Of a DNA stretch of 54,075 bases, positions 16,468 to 28,208 are shown in pieces; positions within the stretch are counted from its first letter, which is position 1, and every line of letters starts with the position of its first letter. The stretch spans positions 1 through 54,075 of the IMG/VR virus record IMGVR_UViG_3300011114_000387. One strand, 5' to 3'. A model generated the notes under the pieces. The model was given only the letters and a program-made list of their open reading frames with translations. It had not been told where the DNA came from and searched no databases. The DNA comes from a virus (lineage: Duplodnaviria; Caudoviricetes). A program made the translations under genes and the position numbers.

Positions 16468-17193
16468 TTATTTAGCCATCTCAGTGGCAGCTAGGTTAAT
16501 ACGTGTTTTAACGGTTCCAAGGTCTTGCGGTTCTTTAGTAAAGCCTACAGAAATGTAGCCCTCAAAGGTACCCACTTCGGGTGGTATAGAACCTCTGCAA
16601 ATAAAGCCTACGCCTTGCTTTTCTTCCCACTCTGCCGTTTTTCCAGAAGGGGTCAGTTTGTCGCAGTAAACCTCACCGTTCATCATTGCAACAATTGCGG
16701 CATTACGGGCGGGGTCTTTGCCAAACAAAGAAGCAATATAACCATCAAGGATCGCATCTCGACCTTTGGGGCCGTACGCAAGTAGCGTAGTCCTGCTGTT
16801 AACAGCAAGCACTACTTTGTGAACTAGCACTGTTTCAGCCTCTAAATCTTTTTTCAATTTTTCGGCTACCTGCTCCAGCACTTTAATTTCTTTGAGCTCG
16901 GGCTGGTGGCTTGAGTTTGTAATGGCGTTCAAGATGACTGTCCGTGAATCCCAAGCAAAGTACCCAGCAAAAAACAAAAACGACAACAAGATAACGGTAA
17001 ACAACTTGAAAGGATTGTCAACCCACTCAATCAAGCCAATCACTTTGCCAACAGTGCTGTCGTCCTTTTTGGCTTCAGTTTTTGGAGCTGGGGCTGGCGC
17101 AGCAACAGACACGTTGATTGTCTGTTCTGCTTTGGGTTTGGGTGTACGCCGTTTGACCGGCGCCACTTTTGCTGGGGGTTTCTTTGTGACCAT
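16468..17193 (-). CDS. Single-TM membrane protein with soluble (GAF-like?) C-domain
   Basis: 241 aa, basic N-terminus, one TM, two Cys, GYISVGF. Confidence 0.6.
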   Translation of the reverse strand: MVTKKPPAKVAPVKRRTPKPKAEQTINVSVAAPAPAPKTEAKKDDSTVGKVIGLIEWVDNPFKLFTVILLSFLFFAGYFAWDSRTVILNAITNSSHQPELKEIKVLEQVAEKLKKDLEAETVLVHKVVLAVNSRTTLLAYGPKGRDAILDGYIASLFGKDPARNAAIVAMMNGEVYCDKLTPSGKTAEWEEKQGVGFICRGSIPPEVGTFEGYISVGFTKEPQDLGTVKTRINLAATEMAK

Positions 17194-17194
17194 G

Positions 17195-17434
17195 TTAAAT
17201 CATTATGTCCAATTTACGATTTGTAAAAATTTCTAAACGTAATTGATTCTGTTCTGCCCTTTTAACGTACAACTCAAAGTCAAGATCTTCAAGTTTGTTT
17301 ATCTCTTTTTTCATTTTCAGCGCTTGCTTGTATTCTTCTTCAAGGCGCTCTGCCCTGCGTTCAAGCGCATCTGTTTTGTCCGGGTAACCAGAGGCCTCTA
17401 CCTTTGGATACCATTTGTTTAATGGCGGAATCAT
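17195..17434 (-). CDS. Hypothetical coiled-coil protein
   Basis: 79 aa, coupled ATGA overlap. Confidence 0.65.
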   Translation of the reverse strand: MIPPLNKWYPKVEASGYPDKTDALERRAERLEEEYKQALKMKKEINKLEDLDFELYVKRAEQNQLRLEIFTNRKLDIMI

Positions 17435-17724
17435 TTCTTTTCCCGTTCAAGAGCTTCTTTGTATCCATGAATAACTAGGCCTCTAGTTTCTGCTGAATCT
17501 GCCGAACCCGCCCATTCGGACAAATTGTTCCAAATCACCACATAGTCTGAAGATTTGCAATATGGCGCATTGTTTTTAAGCCACTGAATCATTTGAAGAT
17601 GGCGCTCTGAAGGGTTGTGGATTTTGTAAGCTATTCCATAAAACTCGCGCACGTGACAGCCACTTTTGGCTGTGGCTCCAACTAGCCCCCCAACAATTAA
17701 CAGTAATATTATGAGCCAGCGCAT
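17431..17724 (-). CDS. Signal-peptide/anchor protein with two Cys
   Basis: 97 aa, MRWLIILLLIVGGLVGA. Confidence 0.7.
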   Translation of the reverse strand: MRWLIILLLIVGGLVGATAKSGCHVREFYGIAYKIHNPSERHLQMIQWLKNNAPYCKSSDYVVIWNNLSEWAGSADSAETRGLVIHGYKEALEREKK

Positions 17725-17820
17725 TTACCATATCCCAGCCCATGCAATCATGTAAGAACAAAATACCACAAAGCAGAAGATTGCGGCGGCGGCTACGATA
17801 GCTTCCACCCAATCCCACAT
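17725..17820 (-). CDS. Small TM peptide (31 aa, MWDWVEAIVAAAAIFCFVVFCSYMIAWAGIW)
   Basis: Fills the gap between neighbours almost exactly; hand translated. Confidence 0.6.
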   Translation of the reverse strand: MWDWVEAIVAAAAIFCFVVFCSYMIAWAGIW

Positions 17821-17821
17821 G

Positions 17822-18031
17822 CTATAGCCCCAAGATCTTTTTGACAAATTCGGCTGCTACTCCGGGGCCAAAAAGCACGCATGCAATTACACCGTACAAA
17901 AGATACTCAATCTTATTCATGCGCTTTGAACCTTCGTCAAAGCGAGTCTGAATAACCTCATAACGCTGGGCGCAAATTTGCTCATGCGTAGCCAGCTTGG
18001 CTTCCGTTTCGCTAATCATTTTTTCGGTCAT
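17822..18031 (-). CDS. Small coiled-coil + TM protein (holin/XhlA-like)
   Basis: HEQICAQRY...C-terminal TM. Confidence 0.65.
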   Translation of the reverse strand: MTEKMISETEAKLATHEQICAQRYEVIQTRFDEGSKRMNKIEYLLYGVIACVLFGPGVAAEFVKKILGL

Positions 18032-18288
18032 GATGTACTAGGCTTTGGATACTTAGCCTTCACAGCAAGACACGCATCAATGTACGCTTGTATTTGTGCT
18101 TGGTCACCTTTGACTACGCCATCAATGTAGTTATTGATTGACGGGTATTCAGCGGCTCTGTCACGTTGATATTGTGTTTTAGCAAGTTCCGCTAGTTCTG
18201 CTTGGCGAGCAATTGCCATTGCATCAAATTCGGCTTCGTCAGCTTCAGTAAATGCAACTATGCCATTGTCAGTTGTTTTGAATCTCAT
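18028..18288 (-). CDS. Tail fibre assembly chaperone-like
   Basis: [12 protein letters not shown]...AVKAKYPKP; follows fibre gene. Confidence 0.65.
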   Translation of the reverse strand: MRFKTTDNGIVAFTEADEAEFDAMAIARQAELAELAKTQYQRDRAAEYPSINNYIDGVVKGDQAQIQAYIDACLAVKAKYPKPSTS

Positions 18289-19403
18289 TTCTGTACCCCA
18301 AAAAGTTGAATAGTGCCGCTTGCAATTTGAAGCCCATCATCGGGTTCATAAAATTGTATTGCGTTATTTGCTTCTTCATTTTTTCTAAAACCACCACCAA
18401 CATAAGAATTAAAACTGTATGAATCAGCGTCATTAGCTGATGCGCTTCCCCAAAATTGTGTTCCTAGACCGCTATTCAATGGGGCAGCCATATACAAAAT
18501 ACCATTGAAAGATGACTCTGGGGGGGCAAATGTATTACCAACACTCACCGTGTCAAAAACACGGATGAAAGTTGCTGAATTATTATAATAAGGCCCACTT
18601 CCAGAACTAGCTCGCATCATTTGAAACGTCCAGCTGTAACTCCCTGCCGCTGATATAAAAGTTGCCCCATTATCAGTAGACACCCTCATACCTAAACCTC
18701 TATTGTGATTCACAAATTTTATACTATTAAAAACAAATAAATACAAATCGTAAGTAGATGTAATACTTGTATTTGTAAATGTTAATGTTGTCGAATTAGA
18801 TGCGGTTAATGTAGTTATTAAAGTTAAACCACTTGCACTAGCTGCTGGTGCAGTTGACTGCCAAGTTGTCCCGTTGCTGGTCAACAAATTCCCGCTAGTG
18901 CTAGGCGCAACAAACAAAGGTGCGCTTGTGCCATTGCCAAGAATGACATTGTTTGCCGTCAATGTTGCAAGGCTTGTTCCACCATTAGCAACTGGCAAAG
19001 TACCTGTTACATTTGTTGCGGCATTAACAAAGGTTGTTGAAGTTGTGCCTGTTCCACCGTTAGCAATAGGCAAGGTACCCGTTACACCTGTGCTTAAAGG
19101 CAACCCAGTAGCACTAGTCAAAGTGCCGCTAGACGGCGTGCCCAAAGCCCCGCCATTAACAACAGCGGCGCCAGCAGAACCGACGTTAACTGCTAACGCT
19201 GTAGCCACCCCAGTGCCAAGCCCAGACACACCGGTACCAATTGGCAAACCAGTGGCGTTGGTTAAGGTACCGCTTGCTGGGGTTCCCAATACGGGAGCAG
19301 TCAACACAGGAGCAGTTAATGTTTTGTTTGTTAACGTTTCGGTGCTTGTCGCCGTAACAAGATTGCTAGGTGTGACGATTCCGGATAACGGTATTGTGGC
19401 CAT
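18285..19403 (-). CDS. Short tail fibre / receptor-binding protein
   Basis: [14 protein letters not shown] repeats; AT-rich C-terminal domain ending SGTIQLFG. Confidence 0.75.
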   Translation of the reverse strand: MATIPLSGIVTPSNLVTATSTETLTNKTLTAPVLTAPVLGTPASGTLTNATGLPIGTGVSGLGTGVATALAVNVGSAGAAVVNGGALGTPSSGTLTSATGLPLSTGVTGTLPIANGGTGTTSTTFVNAATNVTGTLPVANGGTSLATLTANNVILGNGTSAPLFVAPSTSGNLLTSNGTTWQSTAPAASASGLTLITTLTASNSTTLTFTNTSITSTYDLYLFVFNSIKFVNHNRGLGMRVSTDNGATFISAAGSYSWTFQMMRASSGSGPYYNNSATFIRVFDTVSVGNTFAPPESSFNGILYMAAPLNSGLGTQFWGSASANDADSYSFNSYVGGGFRKNEEANNAIQFYEPDDGLQIASGTIQLFGVQK

Positions 19404-19406
19404 GAT

Positions 19407-19637
19407 TTATTCCAAAAGTTGAATTTTTACTGTCAACGCCTGCAACTCAGCAAGTAGTTGTTCTTTGGTTGGCGTAGCTAAAGTAGCTTCTAAAACAGGT
19501 CTTGTAAATACGCCATTAGCGTAAGTCCAACCGGGGCCAGCTTCAGGGCACTCGACCCATCCTTCGGCGTTTGCAAATTCAGCGTCGGCAAGAACAACAT
19601 TGTCTACCACACCGTTTTTAATGATTGCGTATCTCAT
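19407..19637 (-). CDS. Tail fibre assembly chaperone-like
   Basis: MRYAIIKNGVVDNVV...GWTY.NGVF; AAGGA SD. Confidence 0.7.
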   Translation of the reverse strand: MRYAIIKNGVVDNVVLADAEFANAEGWVECPEAGPGWTYANGVFTRPVLEATLATPTKEQLLAELQALTVKIQLLE

Positions 19638-19645
19638 GTTAATCC

Positions 19646-22600
19646 TTACCAAGTGTAAACAATGCAACGACCCGCGCCGCCAGCGCCGCTAGTAGCCGCG
19701 CCCGCGTTGGTATTTACTCCGCCGCCGCCACCGCCCGGTGCTGTTCCTGCTGTAGCGTTTCCAGTAAAAGACCCTGCACCGCCATTACCCCCAAACGATG
19801 ACACGCCTCCCGCGCCAGCGTTTGACCCGCTGGCTGAACCGCCACCCCCACCACCCATTAAAGATGCGCCGCCAGCACCAGACGAGGCGTTTGCGCCACC
19901 CGCACCACTAGCATCAAAAGGGCCACTTATACCTGTATAACCATTAGCCGCCACACCTCCTAATGTAAAGGCACCTCCAATACCGCCACCTTGCCCAACA
20001 ATAGGCCCAAATTTGCCGCCTAATCCAGTAGCATACGAACCAAAAGTTGTGTTGCCGCCACTATTACCAACAGTGTCATTAGTACTTTGTCCAACTCCAC
20101 CAGCACCAATAGTTACGGTGACTGTGCTTGTTAAACTTGAAGCGGGGAAAATTTGTTGAAAGTACATTCCGCCGCCGCCCCCATTACCGGAGCTGCCAGA
20201 GGAAGCCCAGTTTCCACCACTACCGCCAGCGCCCCACATTACAACTTGCACCCAAGAAGCACCAGAAGGTTTTGTCCAAGTACCGGACGACGTAAAAGTT
20301 TGTGTGTCGGTTAAAACACCGGTAGGTGCAGCCCAACTCCCGTCACCTCGCCAAAACGTAGATGCGCTTGCAGAAGTTCCGCTGTTTAAATTTCCGACAG
20401 GAAGATTACCAGTTACACCAGTTGACAATGGCAAACCAGTAGCGCTGGTCAGGACAGCGGCAGATGGTGTGCCAAGATTAGGAGTAGTCAGTATTGGGCT
20501 TGTCAGAGTCTTGTTAGTCAGAGTTTGTGTACCAGTTAAGGTAACTGCTGTCCCGCCATTGCCGCCAACCTGTGCAGAAACATTCCAACCATAAGTTGCA
20601 CCTGTGTAAACTAGCGTAACAGTCGCACCCGTAATGTCACAGGTCAAGGTGCTGCCAGCAGTATTGCCAGCGATCTTAATTAGTGCCGTAGGATCAATTA
20701 TTAAATTGTTTGTTCCCCATTGGCTAAACGAGTCAATGACAACAACAACGTTGCCCACCGATGGGCTTGTAGGCAAAGTAACTGTAAAAGCACCGCCCGT
20801 TGTATTGGTTAGAACACCGTCATTGTTTGCGGCTGTGTAGTTGGCTGTTTTTACTGCTGTGTAAACAATACCACCAGCGGCTGGGAGAGAACTTATCCAA
20901 GTCGTACCATTGGAGGTCAGCACGTTACCTGCTGTGCTGGGTGCTACAAAAGTTGGGGCTGAAGTGCCGTTGCCCAAAAGGACGTTGTTGGCTGTAAGAG
21001 TTGTCAGGCTTGTGCCGCCATTGGCAACAGACACAAGCTGTGCGGCTGCAAATGTAATTGCGCCGGTCATGGTGCCGCCGGAAAGGGCTAGGTAGCCGGT
21101 GGCGGGCAAATATGCGGTCAGCCAAGTTGCGCCGGTATACACGCGCATTTCGCTTGTCGTGGTGTTGAAATACAAAGCACCCGTCAGCAAAGCATTGCCG
21201 TCGTTGTCCAGAGTTGGGTCAGTAGCTTTTGGGCCAAGGTATCGGTCATCAAACGAATCGTATGACGCGGCCGCTGCTGTAGCGCTTCCTGCGGCTGCCG
21301 TGGCGCTGCTGGCCGCTGCCGTGGCGCTGTTGCCCGCGTTGGTTGCGCTTGTTGCTGCGGCAGAAGCCGAAGCCGCCGCGCTGGTAGCGCTGCCCAGAAT
21401 GCCGTCTACGTAGGTCTTGGTCGTGGCATCTTGGGCAAGCGTAGGGTCGGCCATGCCGGTAATCTTGTTTGCACCCATGGCGATAACACCGGACATCGTG
21501 CCGCCAGCCAAATCAAGCTTAAGCGCAAGAGCAGTGTTAACTTGCGTTTGTGTATACGCATCGGTGATGCCAAAACCAGACAACGTCGTGGGATTTGTGC
21601 CGGCAGTCACGCGGCCGTAAGTATCTACGGTCACGGACTTATATGTGCTGGCGCCGACGCCGGTGGTGGCCAAATCGATGTCGTTAGCGTTGACAACAAT
21701 TCGGCTGCTAGACGCGGTGCCAACATCCAAAGTGTTGCCGCTTTTAGTTAAGCCAGCGCCTGCGGTAATTTGGCCAGCGCCTGAGAACTGGACCCAAGTC
21801 ACGGCCGTAGAACCTAAAGTGCCGCCGGCATCGATCGTGCAAACAAAACCGTTGTCTCCGTTAACTGTGCCCGCTTCAACAAACGTAAACGCTGATGTCA
21901 ACTCCACCCAAGTGTCGGCGTCTGTGGATCGGCTCCAAGTGCCGGCGGCTACTACGTAAATGCCGTTATTGGCCGTGGTGGTTTGGTCTTTAACCAATAC
22001 CCGGTCCCCTGAAAGAACCGACACGCCGTCAATTGTTTGAGGGGCCGACAAGGTAATGTTGGCCGTAGTGGCCGCAACGCAAGATGCTTTTGCATCCAGC
22101 CCTTGTGCGGTGTTGTCAACGTAGTTCTTGGTTGCCGCATCTTGGGCAGATGTTGGATCGCCCATACCAGTAATCTTGCTGGTGTTCATGGCAATAGCAC
22201 CCGACATCGTGCCGCCAGCCAAGGCCAATTTGAGCGCCAAGCCAGTGTCTACGTAGCCCTTAGTGGCCGCATCGCCTGAGTTAGTTGGCGTGGCCAAATT
22301 GGTAATAGTGGCTACGGTACCGGCATCCATGTCCAAGCCACCGGAAATCGTCACGTTGTTAAACGTCGACGTGCCGGAACTGGCGGTCACATTACCTGTC
22401 AAATTGCCGGTAACGTTGCCGACGACGTTACCGGTCACGTTGCCAATAACGTTACCCGTAATGTTGCCAGTAAATCCAGAGCTGGCGCTAACGGTTGTGA
22501 AAGCGCCTGTTGAAGCAGTTGTTCCACCGATCGGCGTACTGTTTATTGTGCCCCCGGTAATCACAACGCTGGAGCCAAGAATTGCGTTGCCGGTAACTGT

Positions 22601-22873
22601 CAGATTGGTGAACGTGCCGGCCGCAGCCGAACTTGCGCCAATCGGCGTGCTGTTCAAAGTGCTGGCCGTAATTGCTAAAGCTTGAAGAGCCGCTGATGCA
22701 ATCAAAGCCGTGCCGGCCGAATTAACCATGGCGACTTTGTATCCATTAGCAGCCAAAGTGGGCAAAAGATCAAAGGCGTCGGTAATTGCTTCCAACTCAG
22801 CCCGCAAGGAGGCTGACGAGCCCGGCGAGTTGGGCGTTGGGTAGGTGGCGTGATTGTAGTAACTATTGCTCAT
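19646..22873 (-). CDS. Long tail fibre, Gly-rich C-terminus
   Basis: 1075 aa, DAATKxYVD repeats, [27 protein letters not shown]. Confidence 0.85.
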   Translation of the reverse strand: MSNSYYNHATYPTPNSPGSSASLRAELEAITDAFDLLPTLAANGYKVAMVNSAGTALIASAALQALAITASTLNSTPIGASSAAAGTFTNLTVTGNAILGSSVVITGGTINSTPIGGTTASTGAFTTVSASSGFTGNITGNVIGNVTGNVVGNVTGNLTGNVTASSGTSTFNNVTISGGLDMDAGTVATITNLATPTNSGDAATKGYVDTGLALKLALAGGTMSGAIAMNTSKITGMGDPTSAQDAATKNYVDNTAQGLDAKASCVAATTANITLSAPQTIDGVSVLSGDRVLVKDQTTTANNGIYVVAAGTWSRSTDADTWVELTSAFTFVEAGTVNGDNGFVCTIDAGGTLGSTAVTWVQFSGAGQITAGAGLTKSGNTLDVGTASSSRIVVNANDIDLATTGVGASTYKSVTVDTYGRVTAGTNPTTLSGFGITDAYTQTQVNTALALKLDLAGGTMSGVIAMGANKITGMADPTLAQDATTKTYVDGILGSATSAAASASAAATSATNAGNSATAAASSATAAAGSATAAAASYDSFDDRYLGPKATDPTLDNDGNALLTGALYFNTTTSEMRVYTGATWLTAYLPATGYLALSGGTMTGAITFAAAQLVSVANGGTSLTTLTANNVLLGNGTSAPTFVAPSTAGNVLTSNGTTWISSLPAAGGIVYTAVKTANYTAANNDGVLTNTTGGAFTVTLPTSPSVGNVVVVIDSFSQWGTNNLIIDPTALIKIAGNTAGSTLTCDITGATVTLVYTGATYGWNVSAQVGGNGGTAVTLTGTQTLTNKTLTSPILTTPNLGTPSAAVLTSATGLPLSTGVTGNLPVGNLNSGTSASASTFWRGDGSWAAPTGVLTDTQTFTSSGTWTKPSGASWVQVVMWGAGGSGGNWASSGSSGNGGGGGMYFQQIFPASSLTSTVTVTIGAGGVGQSTNDTVGNSGGNTTFGSYATGLGGKFGPIVGQGGGIGGAFTLGGVAANGYTGISGPFDASGAGGANASSGAGGASLMGGGGGGSASGSNAGAGGVSSFGGNGGAGSFTGNATAGTAPGGGGGGVNTNAGAATSGAGGAGRCIVYTW

Positions 22874-24915
22874 CGAAGTCCTCGGCGCAAAGTGTAGTGA
22901 ATAATAATGCTATTCACTGTAAAAGGTTGAAGAAGATCGGACGTTGACGAAATACGGATTGACATATTTTCAGCCGTTCCTGTGATGCCAATCTCTGAAG
23001 GGGTGACATCTGATCCATCCCAAACAAAGTTGTCCCAGATCATGCTGTCCCAATACGAAGATCTCAAATCAACGTCATAAGTTTCGTCAAGCGGCTGGGT
23101 TAAGTAGTCCGTACGGTAACCTAAATCATAACCAAATTCAATCTGGGCGTAGTAGTCGCCGGTCATCTCAACACTGCTATGCCGGTATCGCTTAAGCACG
23201 CGGGGGGATCTGGTGCTGTTATAAACTAGGTTGAAGCTGGCCGCAATAGGATCACCGTCAAAACTAGTACCTTTGTCAAGCTGATAAACCACACCGTTGT
23301 CAGATCCAAAATATTGGACCGCTGAACCGGCGGTTGTCTCACCTTCAACTGCGCAAAGCACGGGGTCCAACATTTGAATAGGCATTGTGCCCAACAGCTT
23401 GCCATTCAATATCGTCATGTAAAGCGCAGTGCCATCGCTGAAGAACACGCGGTACTGGCCTTTCTCTCGGCTAAGCGTGCTGGCCGTAGCCAAATTGATT
23501 CGGTCAATCAAAAATGGGCGCAACGTCATGGTCAGCGTTGCCGGTGTAAAATTACCAAAGTTTAACGACGTACCCAAACTAACAATACCGCGATCGTCCA
23601 ACACATAGGACTGATCCATGTTCTGGGCTGAGTAAGGCATAGCGCCCGTTCCGGTGTTGAACGTAGATAGCGCAAAGTTTGCTGAGCTAGTTCCGTACAG
23701 AACCGACGTATCGTGCCGGGTATAGACTGCTAAGGCGCCGCTTGACTGGTCACCCGGCAAAGCAATCATATTGCTGATTGGGCCATTCATTGCAATCTCG
23801 CCCGCGCCCAGCACCGGGCTCCATTGGTAGGGATTGCCAATTGCTGAAAATTGCAAGGAGGCGCCAAAGCTCAAAAACAGGTGCTGTTTGTGAACAACGA
23901 CGTGCACTGGGGTGTCCGTTGTCATTGTGGTCGGGATGGGCGCAAACACGGTGCCGTCAAATTCAAAAGCTTTGTTTACGCCATCAGCCCCGTACATTTT
24001 GGCGTTAGCTGTGCCTCCGCCAAAGTTGGCAATTACTGTTTCAAATCTGCCGTTAGGAAGCAAAGTAATTTGAACGGGCACCGAAACTACTACCGCATAA
24101 ACCGTTGCGCCAATGCGAATGTTTTCGCCAATTGTAAACACGCCGGTAACGCTGGATAGAACCAATTGGCCGGCTGCCGTGCCTGCGGAATAGCTCCCGG
24201 ACGCAAGCATGGTGCGAGATACCACCGCCGTAGCGCCACTGGTTTGGCCGTTAATTGTGGAGCCGTCAGGTATTGCAATAACACCCAAGTTAAAGCGCAT
24301 TGTTTTGCCAAAGGTTACTAGGGTCCAACCAGAGGACGTGGCTTTGTACATAACGGCCGCTGTAGCGCCCACGTTATTGCGCCAAGCGTACAAAATGCCG
24401 GCATGGATTCCAACTCCTAAGATGTTGCCGGAACCGGGCACAGCAGTAATGTCAGCTCGGTAGTCATCGGCTGCAAGGTTGCGATAAACCGCATCTTGAT
24501 AACCATCTGAATCGACGCCTTGAATTGTGGTTATCGTACCAACGGGTGTCGCGCCAACTCGGATACCTTCAGTTGCTACAAACGTTCCGACTTCACGGGT
24601 GATAACAACAGTACTACCGTCAAGCGCGATGACTTTGCCCGTGGCAGCAGAAGACTGGCCAATGATGGTATTGCCTACCGCAACAGTGCCTGTCAAGCTG
24701 CATACCAAGATAAGGTAGATTGCAGAAGAAGGACTTGGCCTTCCGTCGTAACGTTCGTATCCAACAATGCGCGTGTAGCCCCCAGTAATGGAGGCTTCAA
24801 AATTAGCGGCCTTGCGAGCAAAGCCGGGAGGCAAAGAAAGTGTGGGAGTGACTTGATCCAAACCGCCGCCAAGGCGTATCAAATCATACTGAACTGGAGG
24901 GGTCTTGAGTGGCAT
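22870..24915 (-). CDS. Tail nozzle / stabilisation protein (beta-propeller type)
   Basis: 681 aa, GGLD N-terminus, lies between adaptor and fibre. Confidence 0.7.
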   Translation of the reverse strand: MPLKTPPVQYDLIRLGGGLDQVTPTLSLPPGFARKAANFEASITGGYTRIVGYERYDGRPSPSSAIYLILVCSLTGTVAVGNTIIGQSSAATGKVIALDGSTVVITREVGTFVATEGIRVGATPVGTITTIQGVDSDGYQDAVYRNLAADDYRADITAVPGSGNILGVGIHAGILYAWRNNVGATAAVMYKATSSGWTLVTFGKTMRFNLGVIAIPDGSTINGQTSGATAVVSRTMLASGSYSAGTAAGQLVLSSVTGVFTIGENIRIGATVYAVVVSVPVQITLLPNGRFETVIANFGGGTANAKMYGADGVNKAFEFDGTVFAPIPTTMTTDTPVHVVVHKQHLFLSFGASLQFSAIGNPYQWSPVLGAGEIAMNGPISNMIALPGDQSSGALAVYTRHDTSVLYGTSSANFALSTFNTGTGAMPYSAQNMDQSYVLDDRGIVSLGTSLNFGNFTPATLTMTLRPFLIDRINLATASTLSREKGQYRVFFSDGTALYMTILNGKLLGTMPIQMLDPVLCAVEGETTAGSAVQYFGSDNGVVYQLDKGTSFDGDPIAASFNLVYNSTRSPRVLKRYRHSSVEMTGDYYAQIEFGYDLGYRTDYLTQPLDETYDVDLRSSYWDSMIWDNFVWDGSDVTPSEIGITGTAENMSIRISSTSDLLQPFTVNSIIIHYTLRRGLR

Positions 24916-24925
24916 CGCGCCTCCT

Positions 24926-25618
24926 TTAAGCCAAAGGCGGACCGCTTACCATGGTCGGGAGTTGATCGATATTCAAACGATTCATGAGACGTTTAAATTC
25001 AAACTCACCGCGCGAATAAACCTCGGGTGCTGCTTCGTATCCACCGTAAAACATCATGGCTCGGTAGACAATCATCATGTGAAAACGATCAGGAAACACA
25101 GAGGGCGGTGCGTCTGTGTTTGCTGCAAACGTAACTGGTACTTTGTAGTACTCACCTACAATCACGTAGGGTTGGTCAGGGACTGAACCAAAGCCTAAGT
25201 TTTTATCTGGATCGACTGTAACAACGACAGGACGCGCATACGTGTAACGCATGTTTCCGTAGACGTACAAATTTCTAAAAATTGACCAATCCATGTAGTT
25301 CAACAACTGCTCGTCGGCGTAGTTCTGTCCTACAGACGAAGCTCGAAAGCTATCGCGCTTCCAATTTCCAAAGGTAGTCCCCACACCGGCTTCGGTGGGG
25401 GTGTAGATTTGCTGCTGAGTAATGGTGTTAAATTGAAAAGTGTCCCGCAACCATTGCCAGTCTTCCTTCGACGTTTGAATATCCTCCCAAGCCGAATTGA
25501 CCCAGTTGGCAATCCTTGCAGACTCGCCAGTTAGGCCGACAACGCTAGTCAAGGGTGTGCCGGCGCCAGAGACGCCGCACTCTACTCGTGCGCGATTAAC
25601 AAGCTGAAGGAAGTTCAC
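24926..25618 (-). CDS. Tail adaptor (tubular protein A-like)
   Basis: MNFLQLVNR...W.WL...FPDRFH. Confidence 0.75.
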   Translation of the reverse strand: MNFLQLVNRARVECGVSGAGTPLTSVVGLTGESARIANWVNSAWEDIQTSKEDWQWLRDTFQFNTITQQQIYTPTEAGVGTTFGNWKRDSFRASSVGQNYADEQLLNYMDWSIFRNLYVYGNMRYTYARPVVVTVDPDKNLGFGSVPDQPYVIVGEYYKVPVTFAANTDAPPSVFPDRFHMMIVYRAMMFYGGYEAAPEVYSRGEFEFKRLMNRLNIDQLPTMVSGPPLA

Positions 25619-25632
25619 AGAGCAGCTCCGGT

Positions 25633-26061
25633 TTAAGCTGGTTCAGCCAATACGTTTTGAAGCCATGCACGGCCACGAGGATTGTCGTCGTGCATCAACT
25701 CAAAAGGATACGCCAAACCATGGCGCGCGATCATGTCAATCTGATCAGGCGCTGCTGGGTTGCGAGTTACTTGGCTGTATTTGGTTTCCTTCATACGGGC
25801 CAAGATCTCAACGTACTTGCGACGAACGCGCATTGGCACGCCGCGCATGATCGGTTGATTGGTTCCGTTGCAGTTAAGGATCACATGAGGAGATTGGTTT
25901 TCGTCAGTGCTGGCGTGCACCATGACTTCAACCATTTCGTTCATAAACGCTTCGCTTGCTGCAAGCTCACGAAAATCTACAACTTGGGAAACCGGATCAA
26001 CTGTTGGTGTGTCGTCAATGATTTCAATTCCTGCGACTACTTGTTTTTTTGCCATCTTCAT
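25633..26061 (-). CDS. Hypothetical structural-module protein
   Basis: 142 aa, GGAG SD. Confidence 0.7.
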   Translation of the reverse strand: MKMAKKQVVAGIEIIDDTPTVDPVSQVVDFRELAASEAFMNEMVEVMVHASTDENQSPHVILNCNGTNQPIMRGVPMRVRRKYVEILARMKETKYSQVTRNPAAPDQIDMIARHGLAYPFELMHDDNPRGRAWLQNVLAEPA

Positions 26062-26094
26062 TCTCCGTTAGGTTTAAAAAAAAATCGGTCTGCC

Positions 26095-26123
26095 AAAAAG
26101 CAGGCTGCCCGAAGGCAACCTGC
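26095..26123 (-). terminator. Intrinsic terminator after capsid/decoration genes
   Basis: GCAGGTTGCC-TTCG-GGCAGCCTGC-TTTTT. Confidence 0.85.
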
Positions 26124-26152
26124 AAAACCCTCTGTTAAGAGAGGATGGCAAC

Positions 26153-26590
26153 TTACTGGGCAGTGCCGGGCATGTCCATGCAATCGGAGTACGCGGCTGT
26201 GATGCCAGTGGCAGACAAGTCGGTAGTAGCTGGCGTGAACGTAACGGCAGAACTGGTAGTGACTTTGATCAAACCGACCAAAGTTGTGTTGGCCGTAACT
26301 TGACCGGGCACTGGGCATGGATCGCCAGCGGCAACAATAGGACCTTGACTGGTCGATACCGTGCCGCCAGATGTAATCCACACTGCAAACAAGCAAGCCT
26401 GTGATGCAGCCAAAGCTGTACCGGCAGTGAATGTCAAGTTGTCAGTAGCAGCCTTAGACTTAAAAATACCGTTGCTTGTAAAAGTCAAAGTATTAGCAGT
26501 CTTAAAAGTTGCGGTGTTAGTGCCTTCAGCTAAGCCGGCAGCGGTCAGGGAGAGATAGCCACTATTGGCTTGTTCGATGTTGTATGACAT
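26153..26590 (-). CDS. Putative capsid decoration protein
   Basis: 145 aa T/A-rich, after major capsid, AAAGGA SD. Confidence 0.65.
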   Translation of the reverse strand: MSYNIEQANSGYLSLTAAGLAEGTNTATFKTANTLTFTSNGIFKSKAATDNLTFTAGTALAASQACLFAVWITSGGTVSTSQGPIVAAGDPCPVPGQVTANTTLVGLIKVTTSSAVTFTPATTDLSATGITAAYSDCMDMPGTAQ

Positions 26591-26610
26591 GATTTATTCC
26601 TTTAGGAAAA

Positions 26611-27111
26611 TTAGGAGACAGTTGCTGAGAACGGTGTGGCTTCTGTGCCAGTCGCAGCGGTAAACACACGGACGGCAAAGGTGCCGGTGATGGCATCGAT
26701 GATCTCGATGTGATCGCCAGCAAGGCCGCCCAATGTTGTGCCGTTAAGCGTAATGGTGTCGCTTGTAGAAGTCGTGGCATAACCCAAGACCGCTGCCGTG
26801 TTATCACTGACCACAAACGCCCGACCAGACATCACATCGATTGCGTTAGCAACTTTGATGGTTGTCGAGTTAGACGTTATGGCTGCACCAATGACGAAGC
26901 GGTAGACAGAACCCGTGCCGGTTGCGGCCGGCAGAGTAACTGCGCAACCTGCCGCAGCGGTAATCACGATAGTGCGCCCCGCATGCACATCTTTTGTGCA
27001 AGTAAGCGTTGCGCCGGTGACGCTGATTGGCGTTGTGGACAGCACGGAGCCGTTCATATTGCCAAGCAGCACACCGTCGTTGACGATGCTATATAAAGCT
27101 GTATTGCTCAT
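26611..27111 (-). CDS. Putative head fibre/decoration protein
   Basis: HAGRTI...VTLPAATGTG motif. Confidence 0.65.
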   Translation of the reverse strand: MSNTALYSIVNDGVLLGNMNGSVLSTTPISVTGATLTCTKDVHAGRTIVITAAAGCAVTLPAATGTGSVYRFVIGAAITSNSTTIKVANAIDVMSGRAFVVSDNTAAVLGYATTSTSDTITLNGTTLGGLAGDHIEIIDAITGTFAVRVFTAATGTEATPFSATVS

Positions 27112-27121
27112 AAGGTTCTCC

Positions 27122-28180
27122 TTACAGAGCGGTCACACCGGCTTCGATACGGGCCATGAAGGCGTCGTTCAGACGCACAGTCGCGAACCATGTAGAAGCG
27201 CCCACGTAGCCGAATTGGCCCAATGGGTTGGCGTGGTTGGTCTGTGAGGCTTTGAGGACCACAGGCTTGATGGCAGACATGCCCTTGAGGGCGACTTGGC
27301 CCCAGCAGTCTTCACCAATAATGATGAAGGGATATACGTCAACGTTAGCAGCGCCAACAGACAACATGCCATTCAAGGTTGCAGAACCAGCAGCAGCAAA
27401 GGATTTCAACAGGGGTGAGCTGATGAAACGGAAGTCTTCGCAAGCACCGATTTCGCGGTCATGGATTGGCTTGAATGAACCGTACTCTTCCACGCGGGTG
27501 AAACCGGGCAAGTTACGAATGTCGCTGACAGCGTCAGTGTGGCAGAAGATAACGTATGCGGGCTGCACAGCGCGAGTGCCGAAGTTGACACCGGGAGCCA
27601 GACGGCTGGTCACGCGGCGTGAACGGTTGGACTCAAGTGTACGAGCTGCTTTACGAATTGCGTTCAAGCTGATCGCTGTGTTGATTGCAGAGCGGCTAGA
27701 ACCGTTTGCATAGATCACAGTAGAGCCGGCTTTCAACACACCGTAACGAACCATCTCCATCACCTCAGCCAGTGTCTCGCCTGTGAGCTTGACCATTTCG
27801 CCGGGGATGTCATCTTCATACAGCTGCTCAACTTTGCTGGAGTACTTGAACAGCACGCCATATTGTTGCAACTGGACAGACACGTCTTGGAAAGAGATCG
27901 TGTTTGCGTTAGGTGTCACACCTTCAGCCAACACGAAGTTGGAAGCGGTGATGTCAGGAGTACCAACATAGCGAGAAGAGTTCTCGATTGTCGTACCAGC
28001 AGTAGATGCGCCAAAAGGCAGAGTACGACGGAACACCAAGGTGTCTGTCGAATTCTGTGGCATCTCACGTTGAGTACCGAAGTCGCCCAAAACAGTAATG
28101 GGCTGTGCGTGTTCAAGCATACCTTGGGCAGCGCGGATAAGGTTTCGCGATGCTACGGTGCCGTAATTTTGAATAGACAT
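27122..28180 (-). CDS. Major capsid protein, N4-gp56 family
   Basis: LAEGVTP, LQQYG, YVIFCHTD, REIGACE.FRFI, NPLGQFGYVG. Confidence 0.9.
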   Translation of the reverse strand: MSIQNYGTVASRNLIRAAQGMLEHAQPITVLGDFGTQREMPQNSTDTLVFRRTLPFGASTAGTTIENSSRYVGTPDITASNFVLAEGVTPNANTISFQDVSVQLQQYGVLFKYSSKVEQLYEDDIPGEMVKLTGETLAEVMEMVRYGVLKAGSTVIYANGSSRSAINTAISLNAIRKAARTLESNRSRRVTSRLAPGVNFGTRAVQPAYVIFCHTDAVSDIRNLPGFTRVEEYGSFKPIHDREIGACEDFRFISSPLLKSFAAAGSATLNGMLSVGAANVDVYPFIIIGEDCWGQVALKGMSAIKPVVLKASQTNHANPLGQFGYVGASTWFATVRLNDAFMARIEAGVTAL

Positions 28181-28208
28181 GGTCTAGTTTCCTTTTTTGA
28201 AAATTGAT

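Noticed and set aside
18285-22873. Diversity-generating retroelement acting on fibres
   Set aside because: No reverse transcriptase; shared blocks differ mainly at synonymous sites, not adenine-specifically
26076-26084. A9 tract as a phase-variation site
   Set aside because: Intergenic, just after a terminator; no frame effect
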